Origin: Candidatus Omnitrophota bacterium
GTDB lineage: Bacteria; Omnitrophota; Gorgyraeia; VGKH01
Length of the DNA: 64,000 nucleotides
NCBI GenBank assembly: GCA_022703055.1
Contig: JAKLEP010000003.1
Location: 150,238 to 214,237, forward strand
Reading direction: 5' to 3'
The notes under the pieces are model-generated. The model made no database searches and was not told where the DNA came from. It worked only from the letters and a program-made list of their open reading frames with translations. Positions 7,586 through 17,844 of the stretch are shown one piece after another; position 1 is the stretch's first letter; every line of letters begins with the position of its first letter. A program made the position numbers and the translations under genes.

Positions 7586-8974
7586 CTATTTTATTTTTAA
7601 AATCCTCCAGGCAGTGGCATCATAATCTACTCCTTTAAAATGAGAAGTGACACAGCTTAAGATATAACTTGTGTCTTTGAGGCTTATCAATGGGACTTTT
7701 AATATAAGATATTTACCCTTAAATTTAAATTCCATGCCCGGAATAAATTGCGGCTCTCTGCCGTCATGTATAGACATCCCTTCAGGTTTTGCTATCGAAA
7801 CACGGATCTTAGGCATGACGGAAAACGGAATATACCTGTTGTATCCAAACAAGTAAATATTAATACCTGTTAATTCTGCCACCCATCTTCTTAACTTAAC
7901 CCTGACATAGAGAAATCCGTCCTGCTTTACATATTCAACCGATTCAATGTTTCTTTCGCCCGAGAGATCTTCATCGATTTTTTCGCCCTGAATGACCTTG
8001 ATTTCTTTAAGATTATCCCAATCTATCTGGCCTTGAGCGTACTCATTCAAGACAATCTGCGGATAGTTGGCAAATAGCTCATTTTTGCGCACAAAAGAAA
8101 AAAGATATTTGGGGCAACATTCATTTTGAGTCTTATATACTGCGACCATTTCCTGTTTTTTAGCTGCCTGGTCGGGGCTTAAATCGAATTTGTACCATAA
8201 AATGCCATTGTTGGCTAATCCAGGCGGTGGATCCAAGGCCAAATCCGGATTAGAACCACGGGGCAGAGGCCATTTAGGATAATGAACAAGGTAGGTATAG
8301 ACTTCCGGCGCAGGAATCTTCCCCTCTAAATCCCATAATGCTACCTGTAAAAATAGAAAAAGCGAACGATGGTCCTTATTGGTATCGACCGGTCCAGTCA
8401 CGAAAATCTTAGTTGGCCTAAAGTCTTTTAAAACCTTTTTTACATCATAGAGAATACTCTCTCCGACATATTCTGCGTCATAAGAGATACATTCCTTGTA
8501 AGGAACATGGGTAACCCGGGTAAGCATGCTCTTAAAAGGCTTGGTATTGCCCCAATATTGCGTAAAGATTTCTAATGTGCCGAAGTCCGGATATCCCAGA
8601 AAAACCAGCTGATTATCTTTAAGGCCCAAAAGCTTCATTGCCGCCGCAGATTCTTTTCTCCTTGTCTCCCCCAAAAGGATAAACGCCTGCTTACGAAACA
8701 CCAGGTGCTTTTTATAGACTATGAACGCGACCTCGTTATTGTCTCCGTTAGTATAATAAACCACCCCAAGCGGCAATTTCAGGCGGACGGCCTCCTGCAT
8801 TATCCCTGCAGCGCCTATTGTCTCATCATCGGGGTGCGGGGCAAATACAAGTATCCTGTCGCCGTCTTTGAATTGCGGCAGATGATTAATTTCTCCGGCA
8901 AGACAAATACTGGCGGAAAAAAAGATTTGAACGCAAATAAATAAAAATAAATATTTTCTTCTAATATTTATCAT
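7586..8974 (-). CDS. secreted PIG-L/LmbE-family deacetylase with an unrecognised ~220-aa C-terminal domain
   Basis: Signal peptide. PIG-L signature ILVFAPHPDDETIGAAG. Confidence 0.8.
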   Translation of the reverse strand: MINIRRKYLFLFICVQIFFSASICLAGEINHLPQFKDGDRILVFAPHPDDETIGAAGIMQEAVRLKLPLGVVYYTNGDNNEVAFIVYKKHLVFRKQAFILLGETRRKESAAAMKLLGLKDNQLVFLGYPDFGTLEIFTQYWGNTKPFKSMLTRVTHVPYKECISYDAEYVGESILYDVKKVLKDFRPTKIFVTGPVDTNKDHRSLFLFLQVALWDLEGKIPAPEVYTYLVHYPKWPLPRGSNPDLALDPPPGLANNGILWYKFDLSPDQAAKKQEMVAVYKTQNECCPKYLFSFVRKNELFANYPQIVLNEYAQGQIDWDNLKEIKVIQGEKIDEDLSGERNIESVEYVKQDGFLYVRVKLRRWVAELTGINIYLFGYNRYIPFSVMPKIRVSIAKPEGMSIHDGREPQFIPGMEFKFKGKYLILKVPLISLKDTSYILSCVTSHFKGVDYDATAWRILKIK

Positions 8975-9010
8975 ATTGAATTGCTTAAAAGTTTATCGGT
9001 TCTTGATTTT

Positions 9011-9388
9011 CTACGCGTTCTTCAGCGCTTTTGCTGCCAGTAAAAACATAAGCAAAAATCCTAAATCCACAAACGCAAAGAATAGCCACATCGAAGGAAT
9101 TCCTTTAGTCAGCCAATACGAAAATACCACGGCGCAATAAGAAAATTTAAGAAGAACCGCGTAAATCATAAGGTTTTTATTGGCAATTGGATTGGCAGCA
9201 ATGTTAAAAAACATTATACCGAATACAATCAATAAACACCCGGGGAACTGAATATAACCAAGATGATTCGGCGGCGGGATATTGACGACTTTAAAAATCT
9301 CAAGCGGGATAGAGACAAACAGAATACCAATTACCGCATCAACCAACCCTGCGAAGATAAAGAAAGGCTTTATCCATTTTGGAACCAT
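9011..9388 (-). CDS. hypothetical 4-TM membrane protein
   Basis: 125 aa and almost entirely hydrophobic. AAGGAGG lies upstream of the ATG. Confidence 0.55.
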   Translation of the reverse strand: MVPKWIKPFFIFAGLVDAVIGILFVSIPLEIFKVVNIPPPNHLGYIQFPGCLLIVFGIMFFNIAANPIANKNLMIYAVLLKFSYCAVVFSYWLTKGIPSMWLFFAFVDLGFLLMFLLAAKALKNA

Positions 9389-9452
9389 ATCTACCTCCTT
9401 TTTGTTTTTTATTCTATATTAAGCGGGCTTAAAAATCAAGCCGCAAGAGCCC

Positions 9453-10769
9453 TTATTGGAGCTTCTCGCAGAGCCGCATCTTTTTATATAATGGCACTTC
9501 CGGACCGGGATCAAGATTATCGATGATACTCTTGGATTTATCTTTTTTTATCGGAAAGCCTCTTATATTATTCTCCCTGGCACATCTTACAACAGAGGCA
9601 TTCTCGGTATTGCAAAGCCAGTTCAGGCCCGGCCTTCTGAACCTCTGTTTCATACGATCATAAATATCGATAAATTCCTCATCCTGGACATTGCCAAAGG
9701 AGATATTCAGGAATTCACAGGGTTGTACCTCGCCATTGGCATTGACATAAAACCTTTCAATCCCTCCTGCCGTGCAGCCAAAGGCCATAACCGAAGATTC
9801 AAAGACCTGCATGGACAAAGACGGGTAATCTTTGAATTCCCCCTCAGTATTAAAATCGAGATGCATTTTGCATAGATCGTCTAAAAGATCTTCCTCCATA
9901 ACTGTATTGCCGCGGTTAATCCACCCTCCCGATGGCTTTTCATGAATAATCTGCACGAAACTACAGTTGAGTTTCTTCGCAAGGTCCATAATCTTGCCTA
10001 TACCATTATCATTAATCATTTCGGATGAAGCCACGCAATTGATCACGGTATTTACTCCCACGCTCTGGAAAATCTTAATGGCATTTACAGCGATATCAAA
10101 TGCCCCCTTAAAAGAAACAAACTCATTATGTTTTTCCGGCAGCCAATGATGGATTGATACCATCGCTCCGAAAAGCCCTGATTCTTTAAGTTGCCTGGCC
10201 TTTTCAGGGGTAAGGCTATGTCCGGTGGTATTTATCCAGACCTCGCTTCTTGCATCGATATTTTGGACAAGAGTAAGCAATCGCTCAAATCTTAAAAGCG
10301 GCTCTCCTCCTTCGATGTCAAAGAGGCTTACGCCCATATCTTGAATATCTTTTGCCACCTTAATCAAGCGGTTAATATCCAGATCCTCTCCTGCGTCTTT
10401 TTTCTGATAACAATGCTGACAATTATAACCGCATGCCTTAGTCATGGAGAAAACCACGCTCATAGGGATAGTTTTCCCGTCTAGGCGAAAGAATTTATCT
10501 ATGGCTTGATAAAATGCTTCAGAAGGGAACGCCGGAAGGTAAAGATGAATCTTGTACTTATCATTGATACGCACTGCTTTATTGTACCTTAATACTTCTG
10601 CCAAAAGCATTATGCGCTTTAAGAAGATTATATACTGCTTTAAGTTAATTTCCCCGCTTATCAATAAACCCAGGTACCTGAATGCGATTGTCCGGGCCAT
10701 ACGGGCTTCCAATAGCGTCCTTTTATATCCCGTAACATAGCTTTGATTTAAAGCAGTGTTTCCACTCAT
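9453..10769 (-). CDS. radical SAM protein with a SPASM/twitch-like C-terminal Cys cluster and a ~100-aa N-terminal extension
   Basis: CGYNCQHCY (Cx3Cx2C) motif and GGEPLL. C-terminal cysteines include FGCTAG...QPCEF...WLC. Confidence 0.85.
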   Translation of the reverse strand: MSGNTALNQSYVTGYKRTLLEARMARTIAFRYLGLLISGEINLKQYIIFLKRIMLLAEVLRYNKAVRINDKYKIHLYLPAFPSEAFYQAIDKFFRLDGKTIPMSVVFSMTKACGYNCQHCYQKKDAGEDLDINRLIKVAKDIQDMGVSLFDIEGGEPLLRFERLLTLVQNIDARSEVWINTTGHSLTPEKARQLKESGLFGAMVSIHHWLPEKHNEFVSFKGAFDIAVNAIKIFQSVGVNTVINCVASSEMINDNGIGKIMDLAKKLNCSFVQIIHEKPSGGWINRGNTVMEEDLLDDLCKMHLDFNTEGEFKDYPSLSMQVFESSVMAFGCTAGGIERFYVNANGEVQPCEFLNISFGNVQDEEFIDIYDRMKQRFRRPGLNWLCNTENASVVRCARENNIRGFPIKKDKSKSIIDNLDPGPEVPLYKKMRLCEKLQ

Positions 10770-10778
10770 CTCGTATTA

Positions 10779-11108
10779 TTAGGCAGGCAGGACAAAAATC
10801 TTTAAAGTGGTATGGGCTCCATCCTGCCAGGGCCAGAACATTGCCATTACGTGCCTGCCGTCAATCTCTTTTTTGAACAAAGACTGATCATTACGAATAC
10901 CGCCAAATTCTTCTGCCAGGCTGAGGACGTCTTTATTTGGCTTGGCTCCGGCCGGTTTTAGCGCCGGTCCAAATAGTTCTTGCGATATCTTATTCCATTC
11001 TTCAGACTGCTTATTCAATACTACGACTTCGACATATTCGTCATCAACACACCTTTTCTCAGCGAATTCAATTGAATTGAACTTTTCGAATATCTGCTTT
11101 AAGCTCAT
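10779..11108 (-). CDS. hypothetical protein
   Basis: The track ORF runs to 11156. I prefer the ATG at 11108 (MSLKQIFEKF), which follows AAAGGAAAA and avoids overlap with rsmA. No family recognised. Confidence 0.5.
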   Translation of the reverse strand: MSLKQIFEKFNSIEFAEKRCVDDEYVEVVVLNKQSEEWNKISQELFGPALKPAGAKPNKDVLSLAEEFGGIRNDQSLFKKEIDGRHVMAMFWPWQDGAHTTLKIFVLPA

Positions 11109-11121
11109 TTTTCCTTTCGTT

Positions 11122-11889
11122 TTAAGAAGAGTTTGCCAGCCTGCCAAAATCATCAAGGCTTAAGTCCTCGGGGCGGATGCTCGGGCTTATACCGGTCTGG
11201 CAGATTTTTTCCTGGTCCACCAATCCTTTTAAGGTATTGGAAATCATTTTCCTGCGTTGGCCAAATGCCGCGCGGACTATTTTGAAAAAGAACTCCTCAT
11301 CTTTAACCGTAACTGCCGGGGTTTTTCTTATTACAAATTCAACGAATGCCGAATCAACCTTAGGCCGCGGCCGAAAACTCCCTCTTTTTATAATGAATTT
11401 TATGGTCGGAACAGAATGATACTGCACAAAAATACTAAAAGAACTGTATGCTTTGGTCCTGGGCTTGGCTATAATCCTCTCGGCCAGCTCTTTCTGCAGG
11501 GTAAGATAGATTACGCTGATCTTATCCTTCTGCATTAAAAGATGCTCGATCAGCGGCGAGGATATGTTGTAAGGGATATTACCTATGACTTTAGTGTTCG
11601 ATTGGCTGATCCGGTAAGTAAGGATATCCTGATTAACCAAAGATAAATTAAGATATCCTCCCAATGTCTGACAAAGCATCTGAAAAAGCCTTACATCTTT
11701 TTCAACTGCCACCACCCCTTTTGCCAACTTTACCAATTCCTGGGTAAGAGCACCTTTTCCCGGGCCAATTTCTAAGACAAATTCTTCACTGGATACGTTG
11801 CAGGCTTGGATAATTTTAACTTTGATATTATCGTCGATAAGAAAATTCTGGCCTAAGGATTTCCTGGGATAGAATTCTGCAATATTCAT
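11122..11889 (-). CDS. rsmA: 16S rRNA (adenine1518/1519-N6)-dimethyltransferase
   Basis: LGQNFLID motif, EIGPGKGALT SAM-binding loop, NIPYNISS. Confidence 0.9.
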   Translation of the reverse strand: MNIAEFYPRKSLGQNFLIDDNIKVKIIQACNVSSEEFVLEIGPGKGALTQELVKLAKGVVAVEKDVRLFQMLCQTLGGYLNLSLVNQDILTYRISQSNTKVIGNIPYNISSPLIEHLLMQKDKISVIYLTLQKELAERIIAKPRTKAYSSFSIFVQYHSVPTIKFIIKRGSFRPRPKVDSAFVEFVIRKTPAVTVKDEEFFFKIVRAAFGQRRKMISNTLKGLVDQEKICQTGISPSIRPEDLSLDDFGRLANSS

Positions 11890-12830
11890 TTTTTGGTATT
11901 GCGAGCCAGTTTATTGGCTAGCTTGATCGCTTCGACCATAGAAGTTGGATCAGCTTTATTCTTTCCTGCTATATCAAATGCCGTGCCATGGCAGGGCGAT
12001 GTGCGCACAAAAGGCAGGCCGATAGTCAAGTTAACCGACCGGTTCGGAAATAACGTCTTTAAAGTAATCAGAGACTGGTCGTGATACATAACTACGATCG
12101 CGTCATATTTGCCTTTTAGGCTGTCATGAAAAATAGAGTCTGACGCAATCGGACCAAACACCAAACCAAACTTTTTATTAGCTTTTTTAACAGCTGGTAT
12201 AATTTTGGTCTTTTCTTCTTCTCCTAGTATTCCATGTTCGCCTAAATGAGGATTTAGGGCGCTTACGGCAATTCTTGGTCTTTTAATCGAAAAAAGAGTT
12301 TTGAGCGCTTTATAAACCAAAGCTATGGCTTGATAAATATCATCTTTCGTTAAATTATCAGATACTTTTTTTAGAGGAAGATGTCGGGTAACGGTGAGCG
12401 TCCGTAGATTCTCGGCCAACAACATCATCTCAAACTTCTTTGTATTGGTTTTGCGTGCCAAATATTCGGTGTGGCCGGTGATTTTATAGCCAGCCAGATT
12501 CGCTGATTCTTTGCTAATCGGGGCAGTCACCAGACAATCGATCAAATTTTGGCGCAAAAGATATAAAGCGAAATTTATATACTCCATGGAAGCGGCTCCG
12601 AATTCGGCCCTGATCTTGCCAAAAGAAAAATCTCCCGGGTTTACATTCGAAAGGTCAAGCAACTTAACATTTTTAGGCAAAGGTCTGTTGCTAACCTTAG
12701 AAAAGATGAATTTATCGCCGATGACTAAATAATGTGCCAAGCGACTAACATCTTTTTTTTGAAGCGCTTTTATGATTACCTCCGGCCCTATCCCGGAAGG
12801 ATCACCCATAGTTATTCCGATAGTTATCAT
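11886..12830 (-). CDS. pdxA: 4-hydroxythreonine-4-phosphate dehydrogenase
   Basis: ITMGDPSGIGPEVIIKA N-terminus and C-terminal HGTAFDIAGK. Confidence 0.9.
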   Translation of the reverse strand: MITIGITMGDPSGIGPEVIIKALQKKDVSRLAHYLVIGDKFIFSKVSNRPLPKNVKLLDLSNVNPGDFSFGKIRAEFGAASMEYINFALYLLRQNLIDCLVTAPISKESANLAGYKITGHTEYLARKTNTKKFEMMLLAENLRTLTVTRHLPLKKVSDNLTKDDIYQAIALVYKALKTLFSIKRPRIAVSALNPHLGEHGILGEEEKTKIIPAVKKANKKFGLVFGPIASDSIFHDSLKGKYDAIVVMYHDQSLITLKTLFPNRSVNLTIGLPFVRTSPCHGTAFDIAGKNKADPTSMVEAIKLANKLARNTKK

Positions 12831-12831
12831 C

Positions 12832-13758
12832 TTATTTTACAAGTATATAGGCTTTTTCTTTTAATCCGTCGAGCCAAGAAGCAAGTTTCTCGGTGAATTT
12901 CTTTTCAAATAGCATTTGATAAATCTGTTCCCTTGTTTCTTCTAATCCCTGTTCCGACTCGGGAATCTTGTTAATTAATTTGAACAGATAAATACCATTA
13001 TTGGTCTTCACCGGCTTAGATACTTCTTGCGGCTTTAAATTGAATACTACTTTCTCGATTTCTTCATTGAGCGTGCCTTTTTTGACTGTTCCGATAGGCT
13101 GGCTATCAGAATACTCTTGTCTTAGTTTAGAGAAATCCTGACCGGCCCTAAGCTTCTTTAATATTTCCTGCATCTTGGCCTCGGTATCCCATTCATTCCC
13201 AGCATTCTTTACCAAAATCGAATCTAATTCTATTCTTTCTGGCTCTTTGAGCTCCACCTTATGAGTGTTGTAATATTCGGTGACTTCTTGAGGATGGACA
13301 AAAACCTTATCCTTGACTTCTGTCTCGATAATAGTGCGCATCAACAACTGGTCTTTAATCTTATTTTTGATATCCGCAGGCGTAAGCTTATGCATCTTTA
13401 AATACAGGTCGAATTCTGTTTCGGATTGAAAATTATTTTTAATCGCCTTATATCTCTGCTCTATCTCGCGGTCATCTATGTTTAAACCTTTATTCTTAGC
13501 TTCCTGCACAATAAGCTTATCTTCAATTAGGCGGGTTACCGCTTCGTCCTCGGCTTTTTTCATTTCTGATTTCAGCTGTTCTCCATCTATCTGATCGGAA
13601 AGCTGCAAGAACAGAATATTTAGATATTCCTTTTTATCATGTTCGGTTATAACCTCATTGTTAACTATCGCTACCAGCTTATCCTCTTCTGCCTTGGCAA
13701 AATTGACGCTGAATAAAATTAGCGATAAAACGCATAAAACTAAACGTAAAGTTCTCAT
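12832..13758 (-). CDS. SurA-like periplasmic chaperone / parvulin-type peptidyl-prolyl isomerase
   Basis: Signal peptide, a SurA-N-like helical region, and one parvulin-like domain near the C-terminus. Confidence 0.75.
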   Translation of the reverse strand: MRTLRLVLCVLSLILFSVNFAKAEEDKLVAIVNNEVITEHDKKEYLNILFLQLSDQIDGEQLKSEMKKAEDEAVTRLIEDKLIVQEAKNKGLNIDDREIEQRYKAIKNNFQSETEFDLYLKMHKLTPADIKNKIKDQLLMRTIIETEVKDKVFVHPQEVTEYYNTHKVELKEPERIELDSILVKNAGNEWDTEAKMQEILKKLRAGQDFSKLRQEYSDSQPIGTVKKGTLNEEIEKVVFNLKPQEVSKPVKTNNGIYLFKLINKIPESEQGLEETREQIYQMLFEKKFTEKLASWLDGLKEKAYILVK

Positions 13759-13760
13759 TT

Positions 13761-15641
13761 TTATCCTTTCTTGATGTCTGAAATGGCTTCTTTAAGAAGC
13801 CGGCAGTACAAATCGAATCCGACTGCGCTTATGTATCCATGCTGCTCGGTTCCTAAGAGGTTACCCGCTCCTCTTATCTGTAAATCTTCAAAAGCGATCT
13901 TAAAACCGGAGCCTAATTCATTATATTCTTCAATAGCTTTTAATCTTTTTTGCGCCTCAGGGCTTAGGTTCGCGGTTTTAGGAAATAAAAAATATGCGTA
14001 TGCCTGGCGATTGAATCTGCCCACCCTTCCTCGAAGCTGATGAAGATCCGCCAAGCCGAAACTCTCCGCATGATTAACGATTAAGGTGTTGGCATTGGGA
14101 ACATCTATCCCGGCTTGGATTATCATTGTAGAAACTAAAACATCAATTTTACCTTTTATGAAATCTAGCATTATGCTTTCAAGCTCATGCGACGCCATCT
14201 GTCCATGCGCAACCGCAATATTGGCTTTATTTATTAGACCGGAAATTCTATGTTTAAGTTTCTCAATGCCCTGGATATGATTATTGACAACATAGACCTG
14301 ACCGTTTCTATCAAGCTCTCTTGTAACCGCCTGTTTTACAAGATCATCGTCGTATTCAGCGACAAAAGTCTTTATGGGTATCCTGTCCTGCGGCGGAGTG
14401 TTTATCGTTGACATATCCTTGGCATCCATAATCGCCATATAAAGCGTACGGGGAATGGGCGTTGCGGTAAGTGTCAAGACATCAACCAAAAGCCTCAAAC
14501 GTTTTAATTTTTCTTTCGCCTCTACGCCAAAACGCTGCTCCTCATCAATGATAACTAATCCCAAATCTCTAAATTTTATATCGTCGCTTAAAAGCCTGTG
14601 GGTTCCGATAACTATGTCCACCGAACCATTTTTGACGTTTTCGATTATTTCTCTCTGCTGGCTCTCGGTCTTAAAACGTGACAGCATCTGGACGTTAACC
14701 GGAAAATCCTTGAGCCTCTGCGAAAAATTATAGTAATGCTGCTCTGCTAAAATTGTGGTAGGAACCAAAAAAGCAACCTGTTTATTATCCATTACAGCTT
14801 TGAATGCGGCGCGCATAGCGACTTCAGTCTTGCCATAGCCCACATCGCCGCAGATTAACCTATCCATGGGCTTTTCTTCTTCCATATCATGTTTTACTGC
14901 CGTTACTGCAATCTCTTGGTCGGGAGTTTCTTTAAAAGGAAATGTCTTCTCGAACTGTTTTTGCCAATCGGTATCGGAGGAAAATTTGATACCCGGGAGA
15001 GAATCGCGGATTGCCTGAATCTGCAATAGATCAAGCGCCAGGCGTTTTATGCCCTTAGCGGTTCTGTCCTTTACCCTTTGCCATTCTTGAGAACCTAATT
15101 TGTATAATCTAGGAGAACGGTGTTCAAATCCGATATATTTCTGGATAAGATGCAATTGGTCAGTAGGAACATATAGCTTATCGCCGCCGTCATATTCCAA
15201 GACAAAATGGTCCTGATATTTATTTTGGACCTGCAGCTTATCAATACCCAAATACCTGCCGATCCCGTGCTGGCTATGCACTGCATAATCGCCGACTTCT
15301 AAATCCACGAAGTTATTTAATGGCGTCTCCTCGGAGAAACCTAAGGATTTTGTGGCGCGCGAGGTCTTCTTAGGAAGGATAATAGCCGAACGGTGTTCCC
15401 AGATGCGCCTTCCGTTTACGACATTAAAACTGTAAATGGAAGCAATTTTATCCATGTCGAATTCGATACGCAAGGGACAATCGAAGCTGACAGGAAAAAC
15501 ATCAAGGATTCCGCCCCTGACGGAAAAATCCCCTTCTTCGGAAACAGCCTGAAGTCTTTTATAACCCAAATCCACCAGCTCTTCCTGGAGAGTACGGATT
15601 TTTATCTCCTGGGAAACATATAATTTTAGAGATTTAAACAT
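13761..15641 (-). CDS. mfd: short transcription-repair coupling factor (RID + translocase only)
   Basis: CarD/RID-like GDYAVHSQHGIGRYLG...KLYVP. Helicase motifs GDVGYGKTEVA, DEEQRFG, TATPIPRT and QLRGRVGR. The track ORF starts at 15683; the ATG at 15641 (ATGTTTAA overlap with the secDF stop) is more likely. Confidence 0.8.
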   Translation of the reverse strand: MFKSLKLYVSQEIKIRTLQEELVDLGYKRLQAVSEEGDFSVRGGILDVFPVSFDCPLRIEFDMDKIASIYSFNVVNGRRIWEHRSAIILPKKTSRATKSLGFSEETPLNNFVDLEVGDYAVHSQHGIGRYLGIDKLQVQNKYQDHFVLEYDGGDKLYVPTDQLHLIQKYIGFEHRSPRLYKLGSQEWQRVKDRTAKGIKRLALDLLQIQAIRDSLPGIKFSSDTDWQKQFEKTFPFKETPDQEIAVTAVKHDMEEEKPMDRLICGDVGYGKTEVAMRAAFKAVMDNKQVAFLVPTTILAEQHYYNFSQRLKDFPVNVQMLSRFKTESQQREIIENVKNGSVDIVIGTHRLLSDDIKFRDLGLVIIDEEQRFGVEAKEKLKRLRLLVDVLTLTATPIPRTLYMAIMDAKDMSTINTPPQDRIPIKTFVAEYDDDLVKQAVTRELDRNGQVYVVNNHIQGIEKLKHRISGLINKANIAVAHGQMASHELESIMLDFIKGKIDVLVSTMIIQAGIDVPNANTLIVNHAESFGLADLHQLRGRVGRFNRQAYAYFLFPKTANLSPEAQKRLKAIEEYNELGSGFKIAFEDLQIRGAGNLLGTEQHGYISAVGFDLYCRLLKEAISDIKKG

Positions 15642-17844
15642 TAGCCTGTTTTTTCTGCCAGGCCAAAACCAAAGGCGAGGCAATATAAACAGTAGAATAA
15701 ACTCCAGAAATAAATCCTACCAAAAGGCTAAAGGCAAGGCCGTTTAAAACCTCGCCGCCGAACATCAAAAGTGAGATAACCACAAGCAGCGTTACCCCTG
15801 AAGTCAAGATTGTGCGGCTGAAGGTTTGATTCACGCTTAAGTTAATTATCTCCGCTAAATTGACTTTCCTCGCTAATCTTAAGTTCTCCCGGACACGGTC
15901 ATAAATAACAATTGTGTCGTTGATAGAATAACCAGCGATGGTTAAAAGCGCAGTAACGATTAAAAGGTCCATTTGCCTGCCAGTGAGCGCCACAAATCCA
16001 ATAGTGACTAAAATATCATGGAATAAAGCGATAACGCCAGCAAAGGCAAAATTAAAATGCTTAAATCTAAAAGCTACGTAGATGAGAATTCCCAGAAGGG
16101 AATAAATAATCGCGAGTGTTGCTTTTTTTCTTAGGTCTCTGCCTACTGCCGGACCAACCTTCTCAATCCTTAAAACATCAAACTTATTGTCAGCAAATTT
16201 ATCCCGCAATACCTGTTCAACAGTTGAGGCGGTATCGGAGGTAGAACGCACAATAATAATTTTGGGATTCTCTCTGAACTGCTGGATGGAAACATCGGAA
16301 AGCCCTGCGTCTCTTAGACTGCTGCGCAAAGATTCAACTGCGATAGGCTGGCTAAAACTGTACTCCTGCAGTTGTCCGCCGGCAAAATCAAGCCCATAGG
16401 CCTGTTTGCCCTTCGAGAAGAAAGCAAACATACCTACGATAATTATAACTGCTGAAACTGTATACCAAATTTTTCTTTTTCCGATAAAATCAATCTTGGT
16501 CGCTTTAATTAATCTTAACATCGGAAGATTCTTTACAATTTTATTCGTCACTAAAAACTCCATGATAGCACGGGTAACATATATTGCAGTGAACATGCTG
16601 GCAACAAGACCGATGGTCAAAGTCACGGCAAACCCTCTGATAGGACCTGTACCGAATTGAAAAAGTAAGAATGCCGCTATAAGGGTAGTAAGGTTAGAAT
16701 CGAAGATCGCGCTGAAAGCCTTATGATAACCGTTGGTAACGGCTGTCAAAAGCGGCCTGCCCGAAGCAAGCTCCTCTCTAATCCTTTCGTTAATCAGAAC
16801 ATTGGCATCTACTGCCATGCCAAGCGTCAAAACAATACCTGCAATGCCAGGCAAAGTTAAGGTCACCTGCTGAGCCGGCATCATAGCTTTTAAAAATCCT
16901 AATGAACCAAGTATAATCAATAAGTTAAAGATTAATGCTATGTCGGCTACTATGCCAGCGATTAAATAATAAAAAGCCATGAAGAAAAATACTAAAGCAC
17001 AACCAATAATGCTGGCTTTAATGCCGCTTCTGATTGAATCCTGGCCCAACAATGGGCCAATCGTCCTTTCTTCTTCGATGTAAATCGGCGCCGGCAATGC
17101 TCCGACTCGCAATACTATTGCCAAATCGCTTGCTTCCTGAAAACTGAACCTGCCAGTAATCTGCGCTTCACCCGACGGGATGGGTTCGCGGATTACCGGA
17201 GCAGAATGAACCTTGCCATCCAGAACAATTGCCAATTGCTTACCGACGTTTTCTGCCGTAATCGCAGCAAATTTTTTGGTTCCCTCGGCATTAAACTTAA
17301 GGCTAACATAAGGCTCCCCAAAAGCTTGGTTATCGAATCTAACCTGGGCATCAACTATGGAATCCCCGGTTAAAACCGCATTCTTTTCCAGTAAAACCTG
17401 CTGCTTCTCTTCGTTTTTTTCTAAAGTCTTTAACTCATATCCTTCTGGGATATTGCCGGCTAATGCTGCCTGCATCTTCTCGAGGTCTGAGCTTACAATC
17501 CTAAATTCAAGATGGGCGGTTTTTCCAATAAGATCGATAGCCCTATTTCGGTCAGTAACGCCTGGGAGCTGGATAACAATTTCTTCTGTTCCCTGACGGG
17601 CGATTGAAGGCTCGCCTACCCCGAACTCATCTATTCTGTTTCTGACAACTTCCAGCGCCCGTTCAACCGCGTCCTTTTTGGCATCGGCAGACAGTTTGGA
17701 GGTATCGACCCTCAATACCAAGTGCATCCCTCCCTGCAAATCAAGGCCTAGATCAATTCGTTTATTAAGCGGGAATGCAAAATATGCAAAGAAACCCGCT
17801 ACTGCGATAATGATTAGGATTCGTAATTTTAAATTCTTTATCAT
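15634..17844 (-). CDS. secDF: fused protein-export membrane protein SecD/SecF
   Basis: 736 aa. SecD-type periplasmic domain plus 6 TM helices, then a SecF-type second half (YGLDFAGG...). Confidence 0.9.
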   Translation of the reverse strand: MIKNLKLRILIIIAVAGFFAYFAFPLNKRIDLGLDLQGGMHLVLRVDTSKLSADAKKDAVERALEVVRNRIDEFGVGEPSIARQGTEEIVIQLPGVTDRNRAIDLIGKTAHLEFRIVSSDLEKMQAALAGNIPEGYELKTLEKNEEKQQVLLEKNAVLTGDSIVDAQVRFDNQAFGEPYVSLKFNAEGTKKFAAITAENVGKQLAIVLDGKVHSAPVIREPIPSGEAQITGRFSFQEASDLAIVLRVGALPAPIYIEEERTIGPLLGQDSIRSGIKASIIGCALVFFFMAFYYLIAGIVADIALIFNLLIILGSLGFLKAMMPAQQVTLTLPGIAGIVLTLGMAVDANVLINERIREELASGRPLLTAVTNGYHKAFSAIFDSNLTTLIAAFLLFQFGTGPIRGFAVTLTIGLVASMFTAIYVTRAIMEFLVTNKIVKNLPMLRLIKATKIDFIGKRKIWYTVSAVIIIVGMFAFFSKGKQAYGLDFAGGQLQEYSFSQPIAVESLRSSLRDAGLSDVSIQQFRENPKIIIVRSTSDTASTVEQVLRDKFADNKFDVLRIEKVGPAVGRDLRKKATLAIIYSLLGILIYVAFRFKHFNFAFAGVIALFHDILVTIGFVALTGRQMDLLIVTALLTIAGYSINDTIVIYDRVRENLRLARKVNLAEIINLSVNQTFSRTILTSGVTLLVVISLLMFGGEVLNGLAFSLLVGFISGVYSTVYIASPLVLAWQKKQANV

